Of a DNA stretch of 56,479 nucleotides, positions 20,214 through 30,044 are shown piece by piece. The notes under the pieces were generated by a model. That model worked only from the letters and a program-made list of their open reading frames with translations. It was not told where the DNA came from and searched no databases. Both the position numbers and the translations under genes were made by a program. The stretch is from an uncultured delta proteobacterium (GTDB taxonomy: Bacteria > Desulfobacterota > Desulfobacteria > Desulfobacterales > SG8-13). The number at the start of each line of letters is the position of its first letter. The first letter of the stretch is position 1. The stretch is from contig CAWKCK010000002.1 in the NCBI GenBank assembly GCA_963848135.1, forward strand, positions 635,684 through 692,162, read 5' to 3'.

Positions 20214-21530
20214 ATGAAAGCGATAGGCAAAATTACGGTACTGTGCAGCGTCGCACTGCTCTTGGCAGCGGCTCTTCTGGTCCCCTCCGCCGCCCAGGCG
20301 GAAAAAGAAATCAAGATCGGCGTTCTCTACCCACTGACCGGCGGGGCGGCCGCGGCCGGCCGCGAACTGAGGGCCGGAGCTGAACTGGCCGCCGAGATCG
20401 CTAACAACGTCATGTCCGACATCAGTATGGATATGGCGAAAAATGCCGGCATCCAAAGCATGGGCGGCGCCAAAATCACCCTGATCATCAAGGATCACGA
20501 AGGCAATCCCACCCTGGGCGCCGACCTGGCCAAAAAGCTGATCCTCGACGACAAGGTCGACGGTCTTTTGGGCTGCTACCACAGCTCGGTCACCAAAACC
20601 GTTAGCGCCGTTGCTGAGCAGTACGGAGTACCCATGATCAACGGCTCCTCCACCTCACCGGCATTGACCGAGAGGGGGTTCAAATGGTTTTGGCGAACCA
20701 CACCGCATGATACCTGGTTCACCAAGGATTTGTTCGAATTGTTAAAGGGCTTGACCGAAGGTAAGGCCAGAGGCGTCAAAGCCGTGGATAAAAAAGACAT
20801 CATGAACCTTGCTTCGGCCTGTGAAAAAACCGAGTGGGGATCATTCGTATCGGCCTTGATCGAGGAGTTCTCAAAGGAGTATGGTTTCGACTTGCGCAAG
20901 TCGATGCTCTACGCCAAAGAATCACCGGATCTTTCAAGTGAGGTTCGGTCCCTGAAAGCCGCCCGGGCCGACGCCATGTTATTTGCTTCCTACACCTCGG
21001 ACGCCATCTTGATGATAAAGACTCTCAAAGCCCAGAAAGCCCAACCCAAAATTCTCTGGGGCCAGGATGCGGGCTTTGAAACGCCTGAATTCCAGCAGAC
21101 CCTTGGTGACGACATCGTCGGCGTTTTGACCCGGACAGTCTTTCTGCCACAAGTTGTCGAGGTCAAGCCTCTGGCAGGACAGGTCAACGCCCTGTACAAG
21201 ACCAAGACCGGCAATGATCTCAGCGGCGCTTCGGCACGGTCTTTCACCGGATTACAAACCTGGGTCTATGTGCTCGAGAAAGCCGGCTCCACCAAGCCGG
21301 AAGACATTCAGAAGGCTGCAAATGCCATAAACATACCTGGTGACCAGTTGGTGGTGCCCTGGGCCGGCATCAAATTTAGCACCAGCGGCAAAGAGCTCGG
21401 CCAGAACGTGCTCGGTTCGGGTCTGATCGGCCAGTACCAGAAGGGCAAGGACGGAAAAGTGGGCCTCGAGATCGTCTATCCTTTCGACGTTACTTCCGCT
21501 GACATGATCTATCCGTTCCCCAAGTGGTAA
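20214..21530 (+). CDS. livK: Branched-chain amino acid-type ABC substrate-binding protein
   Basis: AAGGAGG SD, signal peptide ending AQA, IKIGVLYPLTG, GCYHSSVT, FWRTTP. Confidence 0.9.
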   Translation: MKAIGKITVLCSVALLLAAALLVPSAAQAEKEIKIGVLYPLTGGAAAAGRELRAGAELAAEIANNVMSDISMDMAKNAGIQSMGGAKITLIIKDHEGNPTLGADLAKKLILDDKVDGLLGCYHSSVTKTVSAVAEQYGVPMINGSSTSPALTERGFKWFWRTTPHDTWFTKDLFELLKGLTEGKARGVKAVDKKDIMNLASACEKTEWGSFVSALIEEFSKEYGFDLRKSMLYAKESPDLSSEVRSLKAARADAMLFASYTSDAILMIKTLKAQKAQPKILWGQDAGFETPEFQQTLGDDIVGVLTRTVFLPQVVEVKPLAGQVNALYKTKTGNDLSGASARSFTGLQTWVYVLEKAGSTKPEDIQKAANAINIPGDQLVVPWAGIKFSTSGKELGQNVLGSGLIGQYQKGKDGKVGLEIVYPFDVTSADMIYPFPKW

Positions 21531-21788
21531 CAACAGGGTGCAACACAGGTATCTCCCGCCGCCTTCCCCACAGGTTTTCTTGGGAAGGGGTGGGAGACAT
21601 TTTGTTCGCCCCCAATCCGGACAAGCCGGAACCAAACTCGAAATCCGGCATTTGGATTTGTTTAGGATATTGGAATTAGTGATTCGAATTTATCACCCAA
21701 CGTACCATTAGAAATGCTAACTCCCTTTTTATAGGACCTAAGGGACTAACTTCAGCGCCTATACTTTGATTTTCTACAAGAGTAATCC

Positions 21789-22703
21789 ATGGATATTCTA
21801 TTCAGTTCCCTGGCGGCCGGGATCCTTTTCGGCATGATATTAGGCCTGGTGGCCCTCGGGTTGACAATAATATTCGGTGTCATGGATATCGTCAACTTTG
21901 CTCATGGGGAGTTCCTCATGATCGGCATGTACACCGGATTGCTTACGGCCCAGGCCACCGGCGTCGATCCCTTGTTCACCCTGCCGGTGGCCGCGGTTGT
22001 TGGCTTCCTGCTCGGCGTCGCTTGTTACCTGGGGTTCATCAAATTTCTGTTGCGGGGCCCGATGATCGCCCAGCTCCTGGGAACCTTCGGGTTGATGCTG
22101 TTTCTACGCAACCTGGCGCTGCTCATCTTCGGCGCCAATGACCGGGCCGTGCATTACGGTATCCTGGTGGGCAAAAGCTTCGACATCGGCATGGGCATTA
22201 TCATACCGGCCACCAAGTTGGCCGCTGCCAGCCTGTCTCTGGTGGCCTTCGCAGCCGTGTGGCTGCTGATGAACCGTACAAAAATTGGGAAAGCCCTGAC
22301 TGCCACAGCCCTTAATCCCCAGGGTGCGCGCTACATGGGCATCCCCACGGAGCGAATGAATGCCCTGGCATGGGGAATTGGTGGCGCCTCGGTCACTATT
22401 GCCGGCGCCCTGATCGTCAACTTCTGGTCGGTCAACCCGTATATCGGGTTGCTGTTCACCATGCTGGCGTTTGCCATCGTGGCCCTGGGCGGCTTCGGTA
22501 GTGTGCCGGGGGCCTTTTTTGCCGGCATCGTTGTCGGCCTGATCACTGAAATTCCGGGGTTCTGGGATTTTATGACTTACACCTTCGATGTCGACTGGAT
22601 GGCGGACATCCCCATGACTTCCTTTAAGTACATGTGGGTTTACGTGGCCTATTTTGTCATCATGGTCGTCCGGCCGCGGGGACTGTTTGGATGGAAGCAT
22701 TAA
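21789..22703 (+). CDS. livH: LIV-type ABC permease
   Basis: GLTIIFGVMDIVNFAHGEF, ALGGFGSVPGA, RPRGLFG. Confidence 0.92.
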   Translation: MDILFSSLAAGILFGMILGLVALGLTIIFGVMDIVNFAHGEFLMIGMYTGLLTAQATGVDPLFTLPVAAVVGFLLGVACYLGFIKFLLRGPMIAQLLGTFGLMLFLRNLALLIFGANDRAVHYGILVGKSFDIGMGIIIPATKLAAASLSLVAFAAVWLLMNRTKIGKALTATALNPQGARYMGIPTERMNALAWGIGGASVTIAGALIVNFWSVNPYIGLLFTMLAFAIVALGGFGSVPGAFFAGIVVGLITEIPGFWDFMTYTFDVDWMADIPMTSFKYMWVYVAYFVIMVVRPRGLFGWKH

Positions 22704-23698
22704 AGAACGCGTTTGACTTTTCGGACTTTCCACGCTTGGACCTGGTGATTGCCGGCGCTGTTGGCATTCTGTTTGTGTGCTTTCCCCTCTTCCCGCATTC
22801 GGCCTATGCCATGGCCACCATGATCCAGTTCTTCATCTTTTCTCTCTACGGTATGGGCTGGAACACCATCGGCGGGTACGGGGGACAGGTGGACCTGGGC
22901 AAGGCCCAATACGTCGGTATCGGGGCCTATACCACCGCGGTTATGCTCATTCGCTGGGATATCCCTTTCTGGTTCTCGATGCCCATTGGGGTTCTTTTTG
23001 CGGTTACCTGGTCGTTTATCATTGGCTATCCGCTTTTTCGACTCAAGGGTCACTATTTTGCCATTGCGACCATCGCCACCTCACTGGTTCTCAAGGACCT
23101 GTTCGAGGTCTGGGATTTTGTTGGGGCGGCACGCGGGCTCGAAATTTCTCCCATAAAGTATACCCCGCCGGATTTCCTGCGGCTGATATTCCGCGAGGAT
23201 GTCTACTACTATTACATCATCTTTTGCTTTTTCCTGGTCGGCATTCTCTATATGAACTGGTTCCGCAAATCCCGCCTGGGCTTTCAACTCAGGGCCATCA
23301 AGGACAACGAAGATGTGGCCCAATCGTTGGGCATCAATGTCCACTGGGCCAAGATCAAGACCTATGCCATCGCCACCGCATTCGTGAGCGTGGTCGGCTC
23401 TTTCCATGCCTGCTACATAAAAAACATCGAACCGGAAGATACCATGAGCCTGAACCTGTCGATCCTCATCGCTCTGATGGCCATGTTGGGCGGAGCGGGT
23501 TCGTTGTGGGGACCGATCATCGGTGCCGGCGTCTTGATACCGCTTAAAAGCTACCTCAAGGAATGGCTGGGCGCCTCTGCCGGTTTGGTGGGGATTGACT
23601 TGGTCATCTATGCCATTATCATCATGATTATTTCTGCGGCCGAACCCCGTGGTATCTGGGGCCTGGTCGAAAAGATCCGCCGGAGAAAGTTGAACTGA
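22691..23698 (+). CDS. livM: LIV-type ABC permease
   Basis: WNTIGGYGGQVDLG, LKGHYFAIAT, GGAGSLWGP. Confidence 0.92.
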   Translation: MEALKNAFDFSDFPRLDLVIAGAVGILFVCFPLFPHSAYAMATMIQFFIFSLYGMGWNTIGGYGGQVDLGKAQYVGIGAYTTAVMLIRWDIPFWFSMPIGVLFAVTWSFIIGYPLFRLKGHYFAIATIATSLVLKDLFEVWDFVGAARGLEISPIKYTPPDFLRLIFREDVYYYYIIFCFFLVGILYMNWFRKSRLGFQLRAIKDNEDVAQSLGINVHWAKIKTYAIATAFVSVVGSFHACYIKNIEPEDTMSLNLSILIALMAMLGGAGSLWGPIIGAGVLIPLKSYLKEWLGASAGLVGIDLVIYAIIIMIISAAEPRGIWGLVEKIRRRKLN

Positions 23699-24444
23699 TG
23701 GCACTGCTCGACGTTCGCAACCTGACAAAGGACTTTGGAGGTCTGCGGGCCAATGACGACATCTCCTTCGCACTGGATAAAGGGGAACTTATCGGATTGA
23801 TCGGCCCCAACGGGGCCGGCAAAACCACTCTTTTCAATTGCATTGCCGGCTTGCACCCGGTGACATCCGGAAAAATCATCTTCAAGGATGAAGACATCAC
23901 GCCCCTGGCAGCATTTGACGTGGCCCGGCGGGGATTGGCCCGAACCTTTCAGGTGTACACGGCTGGCGGCGATCTATCGGTCGTTGAAAACGTGATGGTG
24001 GGTTGTTTTATGCACGAACGCTCCCGCAGAGCCGCCAGGGAACGGGCCGAAGAAATATTGGAAAGACTTAATCTCTCCGATCTTTCCGGATACCTGGTAA
24101 GCGAACTACCGGTAGCGGCACAGAAACGTGTCACCATGGCCACTGCCCTCGGCACGACCCCAAAAATGCTGCTGCTCGACGAGGTGGCTGCTGGACTGAA
24201 CCCTGGTGAAATCGAAGAGATTCTATCTATCATCAAATACGTGCACAACGAGATGGGTATCACCGTCATGTTGATCGAACACGTGATGGAACTGGTCATG
24301 AGAGTCAGCGACCGCGTCATTGTGCTGGACTATGGGAGTAAGATCGCTGATGGCAACCCCCGGCAGATCGCCGAGAATCCGCAAGTCATCAAGGCCTACC
24401 TTGGAGAACGTTACGTGAAAGAACATGCTGGAAAGTCAATCTAA
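23698..24444 (+). CDS. livG: LIV-type ABC ATP-binding protein
   Basis: FGGLRAND, GPNGAGKTT, LLDEVAAGLN, AYLG. Confidence 0.93.
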   Translation: MALLDVRNLTKDFGGLRANDDISFALDKGELIGLIGPNGAGKTTLFNCIAGLHPVTSGKIIFKDEDITPLAAFDVARRGLARTFQVYTAGGDLSVVENVMVGCFMHERSRRAARERAEEILERLNLSDLSGYLVSELPVAAQKRVTMATALGTTPKMLLLDEVAAGLNPGEIEEILSIIKYVHNEMGITVMLIEHVMELVMRVSDRVIVLDYGSKIADGNPRQIAENPQVIKAYLGERYVKEHAGKSI

Positions 24445-24447
24445 CCG

Positions 24448-25164
24448 ATGAGCCAAATCATCCTTGAAACCGATAACATCCACGTTCGTTATTCCGGCCT
24501 ACCGGTGCTCCAGGGTGTCTCCATCAAGATCACTGTCGGAGAAACGGTCTGCGTGGTGGGATCGAACGGCGCTGGAAAATCGACGCTGCTGCGGGCGATC
24601 ATGGGCGCCCAACGAGCATTCGACGGCCGCATCCTCTTCCGTGGGAAAGAAATTCAACGATCGCCTACCGAGGAAATCGTGCGGTTGGGAATTGTTTATG
24701 TCCCCGAAGAAAAAATGCTCTTCAAACCCCTTTCCGTGGAAGAGAATATCCTTCTGGGTGCCTACGTTCTAAAAGACAAGGATCAGGTTCAACGCAACCT
24801 CGATTTCGTCTATCATCTGTTCCCCCGGCTCAGAGAACGGTCAGACCAGGCGGCAACCACCCTCTCCGGCGGCGAACAACAGATGGTTGCCATTGGTCGC
24901 GGCCTCATGTCGGGTCCGAAGGTGCTCATGCTGGACGAGCCTTCCCTGGGCCTGGCCCCACTGCTGGTGGACGAAGTGCTCGCCACCGTGCGTCGTCTCA
25001 AGGAAGAAGGTATCACCATTCTGCTCGTTGAACAAAACGTTCGTGAAGCCCTCGATCTGGCCGATCGCGGCTATGTCATGCAGACCGGCCGAATCGTCGA
25101 GGAGGGCAGCGGGAAAGGACTTCTGGAGAGTGACCGGTTTCGAAAGGCATTTTTAGGCATCTAA
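24448..25164 (+). CDS. livF: LIV-type ABC ATP-binding protein
   Basis: GSNGAGKST, LSGGEQQM, LDEPSLGLAP, LVEQN. Confidence 0.93.
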   Translation: MSQIILETDNIHVRYSGLPVLQGVSIKITVGETVCVVGSNGAGKSTLLRAIMGAQRAFDGRILFRGKEIQRSPTEEIVRLGIVYVPEEKMLFKPLSVEENILLGAYVLKDKDQVQRNLDFVYHLFPRLRERSDQAATTLSGGEQQMVAIGRGLMSGPKVLMLDEPSLGLAPLLVDEVLATVRRLKEEGITILLVEQNVREALDLADRGYVMQTGRIVEEGSGKGLLESDRFRKAFLGI

Positions 25165-25213
25165 AACCGGTCGCCTTTCCCCTCATAATTTCTTACCCAG
25201 CGCACTTATTGTT

Positions 25214-25890
25214 TTATTGCGGCGATGGCTTGATATTCTGGTTTATGCGGAAAAAATTGTCAGGGTCCCAAACGAATTTTATTTTTTAAGCCGATCCCAC
25301 ATTGGGGGCGTGATAGCATCCATAACCCGATCCTCAACCTCCTGGCTGACAAAATTAACGTATACTCCTTTTGCCGTTACAATTTCAGCCGATAACATAT
25401 TATCGACAGACATGCCGTCTTTGCGACTGACCCAGCCGCCCTCCCCCCCCGTCCAGTGCCAAGCCGCCGACGTCGGTGTGTGAGACGATACCCGATGAGA
25501 CCACCAGGCCGTACAGTTGAGTTTCGTGGTCCACATCGCCCATGAGAGCGCCGCCGTCCACCCGGGCGGTTTTTTCCCCGTCGACCATGGTCCGCCGAAT
25601 GGGTGACAGGTCAATCATAAAGCCGCCCTTGCAAACAGCAGTGCCGGCCGAGTTGTGACCGCCGCCTCTTACAGAGAAAAGAGTAACCGGTTAGCCCTGG
25701 CAAAATTAGCAGCGCGAACCACATCGCTCGTCCCCGGACATCACATGATGATCGCTGCGTTTTTTTGTCAAATATGCCATTCTAAATTTGGCATGCCTGA
25801 TCGTATCCATGATCGCCGGCAAGTAAAATGCGGCCGCGTATACCTGAGGCAATATCGGTCATCTGGTCAATATCGAACACAGTTTGATCG
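25214..25890 (-). pseudogene. FAD-binding (FAD_binding_4/BBE) oxidoreductase pseudogene with frameshifts, stops and a large internal deletion
   Basis: Fragments across frames: IRGRILLAGDHGYDQA, DVVRAANFARANRLLFSVRGGGH, GLVVSSGIVSHTDVGGL, DNMLSAEIVTAKG fused directly to YVNF...WDRL and WDPDNFFRINQNI. Confidence 0.85.
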
Positions 25891-26077
25891 GTGCGGAATC
25901 GATTAATACGACAATACATTCAGCCGCACCTAAATGGCCGAAGACCTTGAATTCAAAAATAGCCGATTTATTGTTGGTATGAAACAGAAGGAAGGAATCG
26001 TAATCGTGTAGCGGACATACCGTCATTTTATTAGACGTGCATAGATCGACACTTTTATATCCCGGAAAGGAGGAAAA

Positions 26078-26560
26078 ATGAGTCAGCGAGCCAAAGAAAT
26101 CTCCCAACGGATTAGGGCATTCAGCGATGAGGTGGTTGCATTTGTGGAAAAAATTTCCGCAGATGAGTGGACCAAAGTCTGTGAATGGGAGGAATGTCCT
26201 GTGGGCGCCACCGCCTATCATATGGGCGCCGGCCATTTTGCAATATCCGATATGGCCAGTATGATCATCAGGGGTGAAGATCTACCGCCTCTGACCATGG
26301 ACCAAGTCAATGCCATGTCAAAGAAACAGACCCAAGTTCATGTGGAATGCACCAAAGCCGAAGCTTTAGGGGTGTTGCGAAAAAACAGCGAGGGCATGGT
26401 CGCTTTCGTTGCCGGATTAAGCGATGAAGAACTCGACCGTAAAGGCAGCATGCCCGCCTTCGGAGGTGAAGTGACCACCGAGCAGCTCATCCGATACGTC
26501 ATATTTGACTCGGCAGCACAGCACTTAGACAGTATCAAAGCCGCCATCGGCAGGACATAG
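26078..26560 (+). CDS. DinB/MDMPI superfamily protein
   Basis: AAGGAGG SD; W.K....C.VG..AYH, LSDEELDR, QHLDSI helical-bundle His pattern. Confidence 0.7.
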   Translation: MSQRAKEISQRIRAFSDEVVAFVEKISADEWTKVCEWEECPVGATAYHMGAGHFAISDMASMIIRGEDLPPLTMDQVNAMSKKQTQVHVECTKAEALGVLRKNSEGMVAFVAGLSDEELDRKGSMPAFGGEVTTEQLIRYVIFDSAAQHLDSIKAAIGRT

Positions 26561-26749
26561 GCGGCTCTGCCTTTTCCAAAAAGGCGAAAGGGACATGGGA
26601 TACCGGAATATCTCTTCTTCTGACCGGTGTTTCTACCAGGAAGATCATCAGCATCGGTTGCATGCACCCGTGGCGCTGAATTTGCCGAAAAATAATTCGG
26701 TTTTCGCAAACCCAAACCTGATTCAAAACTCGACTATTGAGGTGAAAAC

Positions 26750-27304
26750 ATGAGAGACATTCTCGTAAAAGACGTAATGATCCCGATTGAAAAATATATT
26801 ACCGTCAAGAAAGAGGATCATCTAATAGATGTCCTGCACGCCATTGAAAGGAAACGGAAAGCCGAAGGAGGACACGCACATCGAGACGCCATTGTCGTGG
26901 ATGAAAACGGCCATTTCGTCGGCAAAGTCACGATGATCGATATCTTCCGATCGCTGGAACCCAATTACCATAAAGTGCGAGGTGAGCAAAAAAGTCAAAC
27001 TCTAACAAATGTCTTTGTGAAGGAAGCGGTCAAACAGTTCAATTTGTGGTTGGAGCCGGCAGAAGACATTTGCCAGCGTGGCGGCAAAGTCGCAGTTGCA
27101 GATGCAATGCACATTCCCGAAAAACCTGAATATATTGAAGAAGACGATAACATGGAAAAAGCATTGAACTATTATGTCATGGGAGTTCACCAACCTCTTA
27201 TCGTTAAAAAAGGTGAGGCCGTCACCGGTGTTCTGCGGTTTGGCGACATATTCGAGATCGTCCGTGAAAGCTTACTGAGCTGTAATCCGTTGCAGGAGTC
27301 ATGA
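26750..27304 (+). CDS. CBS-domain protein
   Basis: VKDVMIP, VVDENGHFVGKVTMIDI, VTGVLRFGDIF tandem CBS motifs. Confidence 0.88.
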   Translation: MRDILVKDVMIPIEKYITVKKEDHLIDVLHAIERKRKAEGGHAHRDAIVVDENGHFVGKVTMIDIFRSLEPNYHKVRGEQKSQTLTNVFVKEAVKQFNLWLEPAEDICQRGGKVAVADAMHIPEKPEYIEEDDNMEKALNYYVMGVHQPLIVKKGEAVTGVLRFGDIFEIVRESLLSCNPLQES

Positions 27305-27435
27305 ACCTTCACAGTAAACACGGTATCGGAGCTCGTCCTATAGATCATCCCAGAACCGGAAAAAGCCCTTGCCGAAGTGAGGAGAGTTACCGCCCCTGGG
27401 GACACCACCACCTTATCAGGTGAGGCTTATTTTCC

Positions 27436-27936
27436 TCAATAGCGACTGCTTCTTTTTATGGCACCAACCACCAAAGAGGTGGTCAGGTCCAACAATTCAA
27501 GGTCGTCGGTGGTAAAGTCTCCACTTTTCTTGTTAATCGATTGAAGTGTGCCTAAACAATTATCATTGGAATCAATCAGGGGGGAACAAATCAGATTGCG
27601 CGTGCGGAAACCGGTTATATCGTCTACGCCACTATAAAATCGGCTATCACTATAGGCATCATTAACGATTGCGGGCATGCGATGCTCAAACACCCACCCA
27701 GCCACACCAGATGATTTTGACATGCGGATTTCCCGCTTCTCAAGATCGAGGGACGAAAAGGAGGTGAGTTGTTGCTTCAATGGGTCGAATAAAAAAATCG
27801 ATGACCTTTCGGAATCCATATATTGGTTTAGCTTGTACATGGAAACTGAAAGCACTGTATCTATACTTGTTTCCATGTTGAAAAGCTGCGTCAGTTCCGC
27901 TTCCAGACGATTAGGCCGGATCATGCTTTTTACCAC
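27436..27936 (-). CDS. Stand-alone GAF-domain protein
   Basis: SERSSIFL, GVAGWV, VNDAYSDSRF..VD..TGFRTRNLICSPL, INKKSGDFT..D (PDE-type GAF). Confidence 0.9.
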   Translation of the reverse strand: MVKSMIRPNRLEAELTQLFNMETSIDTVLSVSMYKLNQYMDSERSSIFLFDPLKQQLTSFSSLDLEKREIRMSKSSGVAGWVFEHRMPAIVNDAYSDSRFYSGVDDITGFRTRNLICSPLIDSNDNCLGTLQSINKKSGDFTTDDLELLDLTTSLVVGAIKRSSRY

Positions 27937-28162
27937 TATCCCTCCTTCGCTGAAACCGTCTCTAAGACAATATTTAAATCATACCTGAATCACATAACCA
28001 ACCAGTTGATTTGATATCAGATTCTACGTTTATTGGCCATAAGATTGTTTGACCAGTGTTTCAGTATCCCTCTCCATACGAACCATATTTCCCAAAGATT
28101 GATCCCCCACATTCTTTTTCTTGATAGTTACTTTACTAGACAGTGGCGAAAGGAGAACCGTT

Positions 28163-28426
28163 ATGGAAAACAATCCTGTCGGCTGGTTTGAGATTTATGT
28201 ACAAGACATGGATCGGGCCAAAAAATTTTACGAATCCGTCTTCCAAATCAAGTTAGAGAAACTAAACAATCCTGATCTGGAGCTGTGGAGCTTTCCTATG
28301 CTTATGAACCACAAAGGTGCCTCTGGAGCATTGGTGAAAATGGAAGGCTTTCCCTCCGGCGGCAATAGCACACTTGTTTACTTTAGTTGTGCTGATTGTG
28401 CTTCTGCAATTGTGGTCCTGTTGTGA
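28163..28426 (+). pseudogene. VOC/glyoxalase family protein, C-terminally truncated
   Basis: NPVGWFEIYVQDMDRAKKFYESVF...GASGALV...TLVYFSCADC, then an unrelated short tail; about a third of the domain is missing. Confidence 0.75.
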
Positions 28427-28577
28427 TAAGGTCGATAAACTACAAGAATGTTTTCGTCACCCATACCTATATCTTCTGCCATGACCCCGAAACTATTATC
28501 TGGCCGATTTGTTTGAGGCAGGTAATTCGTATCAATGGCTTACAGAGGTGACGCCCACTATATTTATCAGGGATTGT

Positions 28578-29114
28578 TTAGAAATTGGCGAACCTGGCTG
28601 AGGGGGACCATTTAAGGATGAAATCAATGAAATAGGCGACATTGTGAGCCACGTAATCCACCCGGCAGCGGATGGCCATATCGGGGTCAAAGCGAAACGC
28701 CGCTCCACCGGTAATCAGGCAAGTCCCTGTGGGTAGACCTTGGCTGACCCGAGCGAGATCATCATCTGAATCGAGTTGCAGAACAGTCACGCCCAGAAAA
28801 TCCGGGCCCACTGTCAGACAGCGGGTCACAATAGCCTGCGGTTTCTGCAACAACCCTATTTTATCGACAGTAATGCCCATTATACGGGCAAAACGTTCGA
28901 TAAGCGCCAACCCATGCCCCAGACCATCGTCCAGAGTAGCGGTGACCATTCGGGGCGCGGCGGACCATAACCCCTGAACCTGCTTGCTGTATTTCCACTC
29001 CTCCAGCTCCGCTGCCGCTCGTGTCACACCCTCACGGGTCGGAAGCCCTAGGTCGATCCATTCTCGACTGAGTTGCTGCAAGCGGTCCCGGAGTTGTTGT
29101 TCAATTCTATGCAT
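28578..29114 (-). CDS. Stand-alone cobalamin-binding-like (Rossmann) domain protein
   Basis: MVTATLDDGLGHG...PDFLGVTVL...LITGGA pattern of B12-binding domains. Confidence 0.6.
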   Translation of the reverse strand: MHRIEQQLRDRLQQLSREWIDLGLPTREGVTRAAAELEEWKYSKQVQGLWSAAPRMVTATLDDGLGHGLALIERFARIMGITVDKIGLLQKPQAIVTRCLTVGPDFLGVTVLQLDSDDDLARVSQGLPTGTCLITGGAAFRFDPDMAIRCRVDYVAHNVAYFIDFILKWSPSARFANF

Positions 29115-29320
29115 TTACATGAAGATTAAGGTAGCAATATAATCTTGTCGCATGATGATTAGATTTCACTATAACCCATATCAAAATTTCAGGTAACCAA
29201 GGATATATATACCTTTACCGCTTCTGCATGTTGTCGATGCCGAGGCAAAAGTGTTGACTAAACGACAGGAACAGGAGTAAGTATAAAGATTGTACAATAA
29301 ATCAGGTAAGGAGGTACTCC

Positions 29321-29830
29321 ATTTATTTCTCCGAACGATCCTACGAAAAGATTGCAAGACCGGATTTAAGGAAACTTCTCGTTTTCGCAAATCAGGATCG
29401 GGTGGAGTTTTTTGATCGGAACCCCAGGTTGCGAAAACTATACGCAAATCGGATAATGTGTATCGCATTATGCCAAGGGGCCGCATTGCACTATGTCGAT
29501 GGGGAAAATGGCATATGCGATTTCGATGTATGGACCTTCTATTATGAGCATTCAAAAGGCCCTTTCCCTCACCAACGACGCGGTGAAAAGGACTTTGGCA
29601 TATCAAAATTCGGGTGCCACCCAGCGGATACAGAAAAATTCAAGGGCAGGCGGATTGACATGATAGGTCGGTCCTTGAAAGCGCGTAAATCAACCGATCC
29701 TCTCAAGTGCATACAAAACTATCTCAACAAACCTCTCTCCAAATCTGCATATGAATTAAGAAAAAAGGCTGTCGTATTTTTAACTCCTGAAAGATATATG
29801 GGAAAGATCGTCTGGCCTGAAACTGTCTAA
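29321..29830 (+). CDS. Orphan nucleotidyltransferase-fold-like protein, probable ATT start
   Basis: Frame open from ATT at 29321 behind TAAGGAGGT; LCQGAALHY...GICDFDVWTF and RRIDMIGR resemble Pol-beta NTase motifs. Confidence 0.6.
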   Translation: MYFSERSYEKIARPDLRKLLVFANQDRVEFFDRNPRLRKLYANRIMCIALCQGAALHYVDGENGICDFDVWTFYYEHSKGPFPHQRRGEKDFGISKFGCHPADTEKFKGRRIDMIGRSLKARKSTDPLKCIQNYLNKPLSKSAYELRKKAVVFLTPERYMGKIVWPETV

Positions 29831-30044
29831 TTCAAATACCAATAAATATGCCCCAAAACCTTGCTCAAGCTTTGCCTGGCTCTCCAGCAGTTTAAAATAT
29901 AATTTTTGGCTGATATCCGGATTCCAATTTGGGGTCGAGATCGGATACCCTTGCACTTATCGAATGGAGGAATGCCTGCTGAAATCCAGAATCTGTCTGC
30001 GGCTGATGAGAAATCGCTGATAGATGCAGGCGTAAAATATCTAT

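Noticed and set aside
21612..21695. Short-period repeat remnant between livK and livH
   Set aside because: Single degenerate occurrence; boundaries cannot be defined from this window
30003..30035. CTGATGAG-AAA as a hammerhead ribozyme core
   Set aside because: No stem II between CUGAUGA and GAAA and no flanking stems
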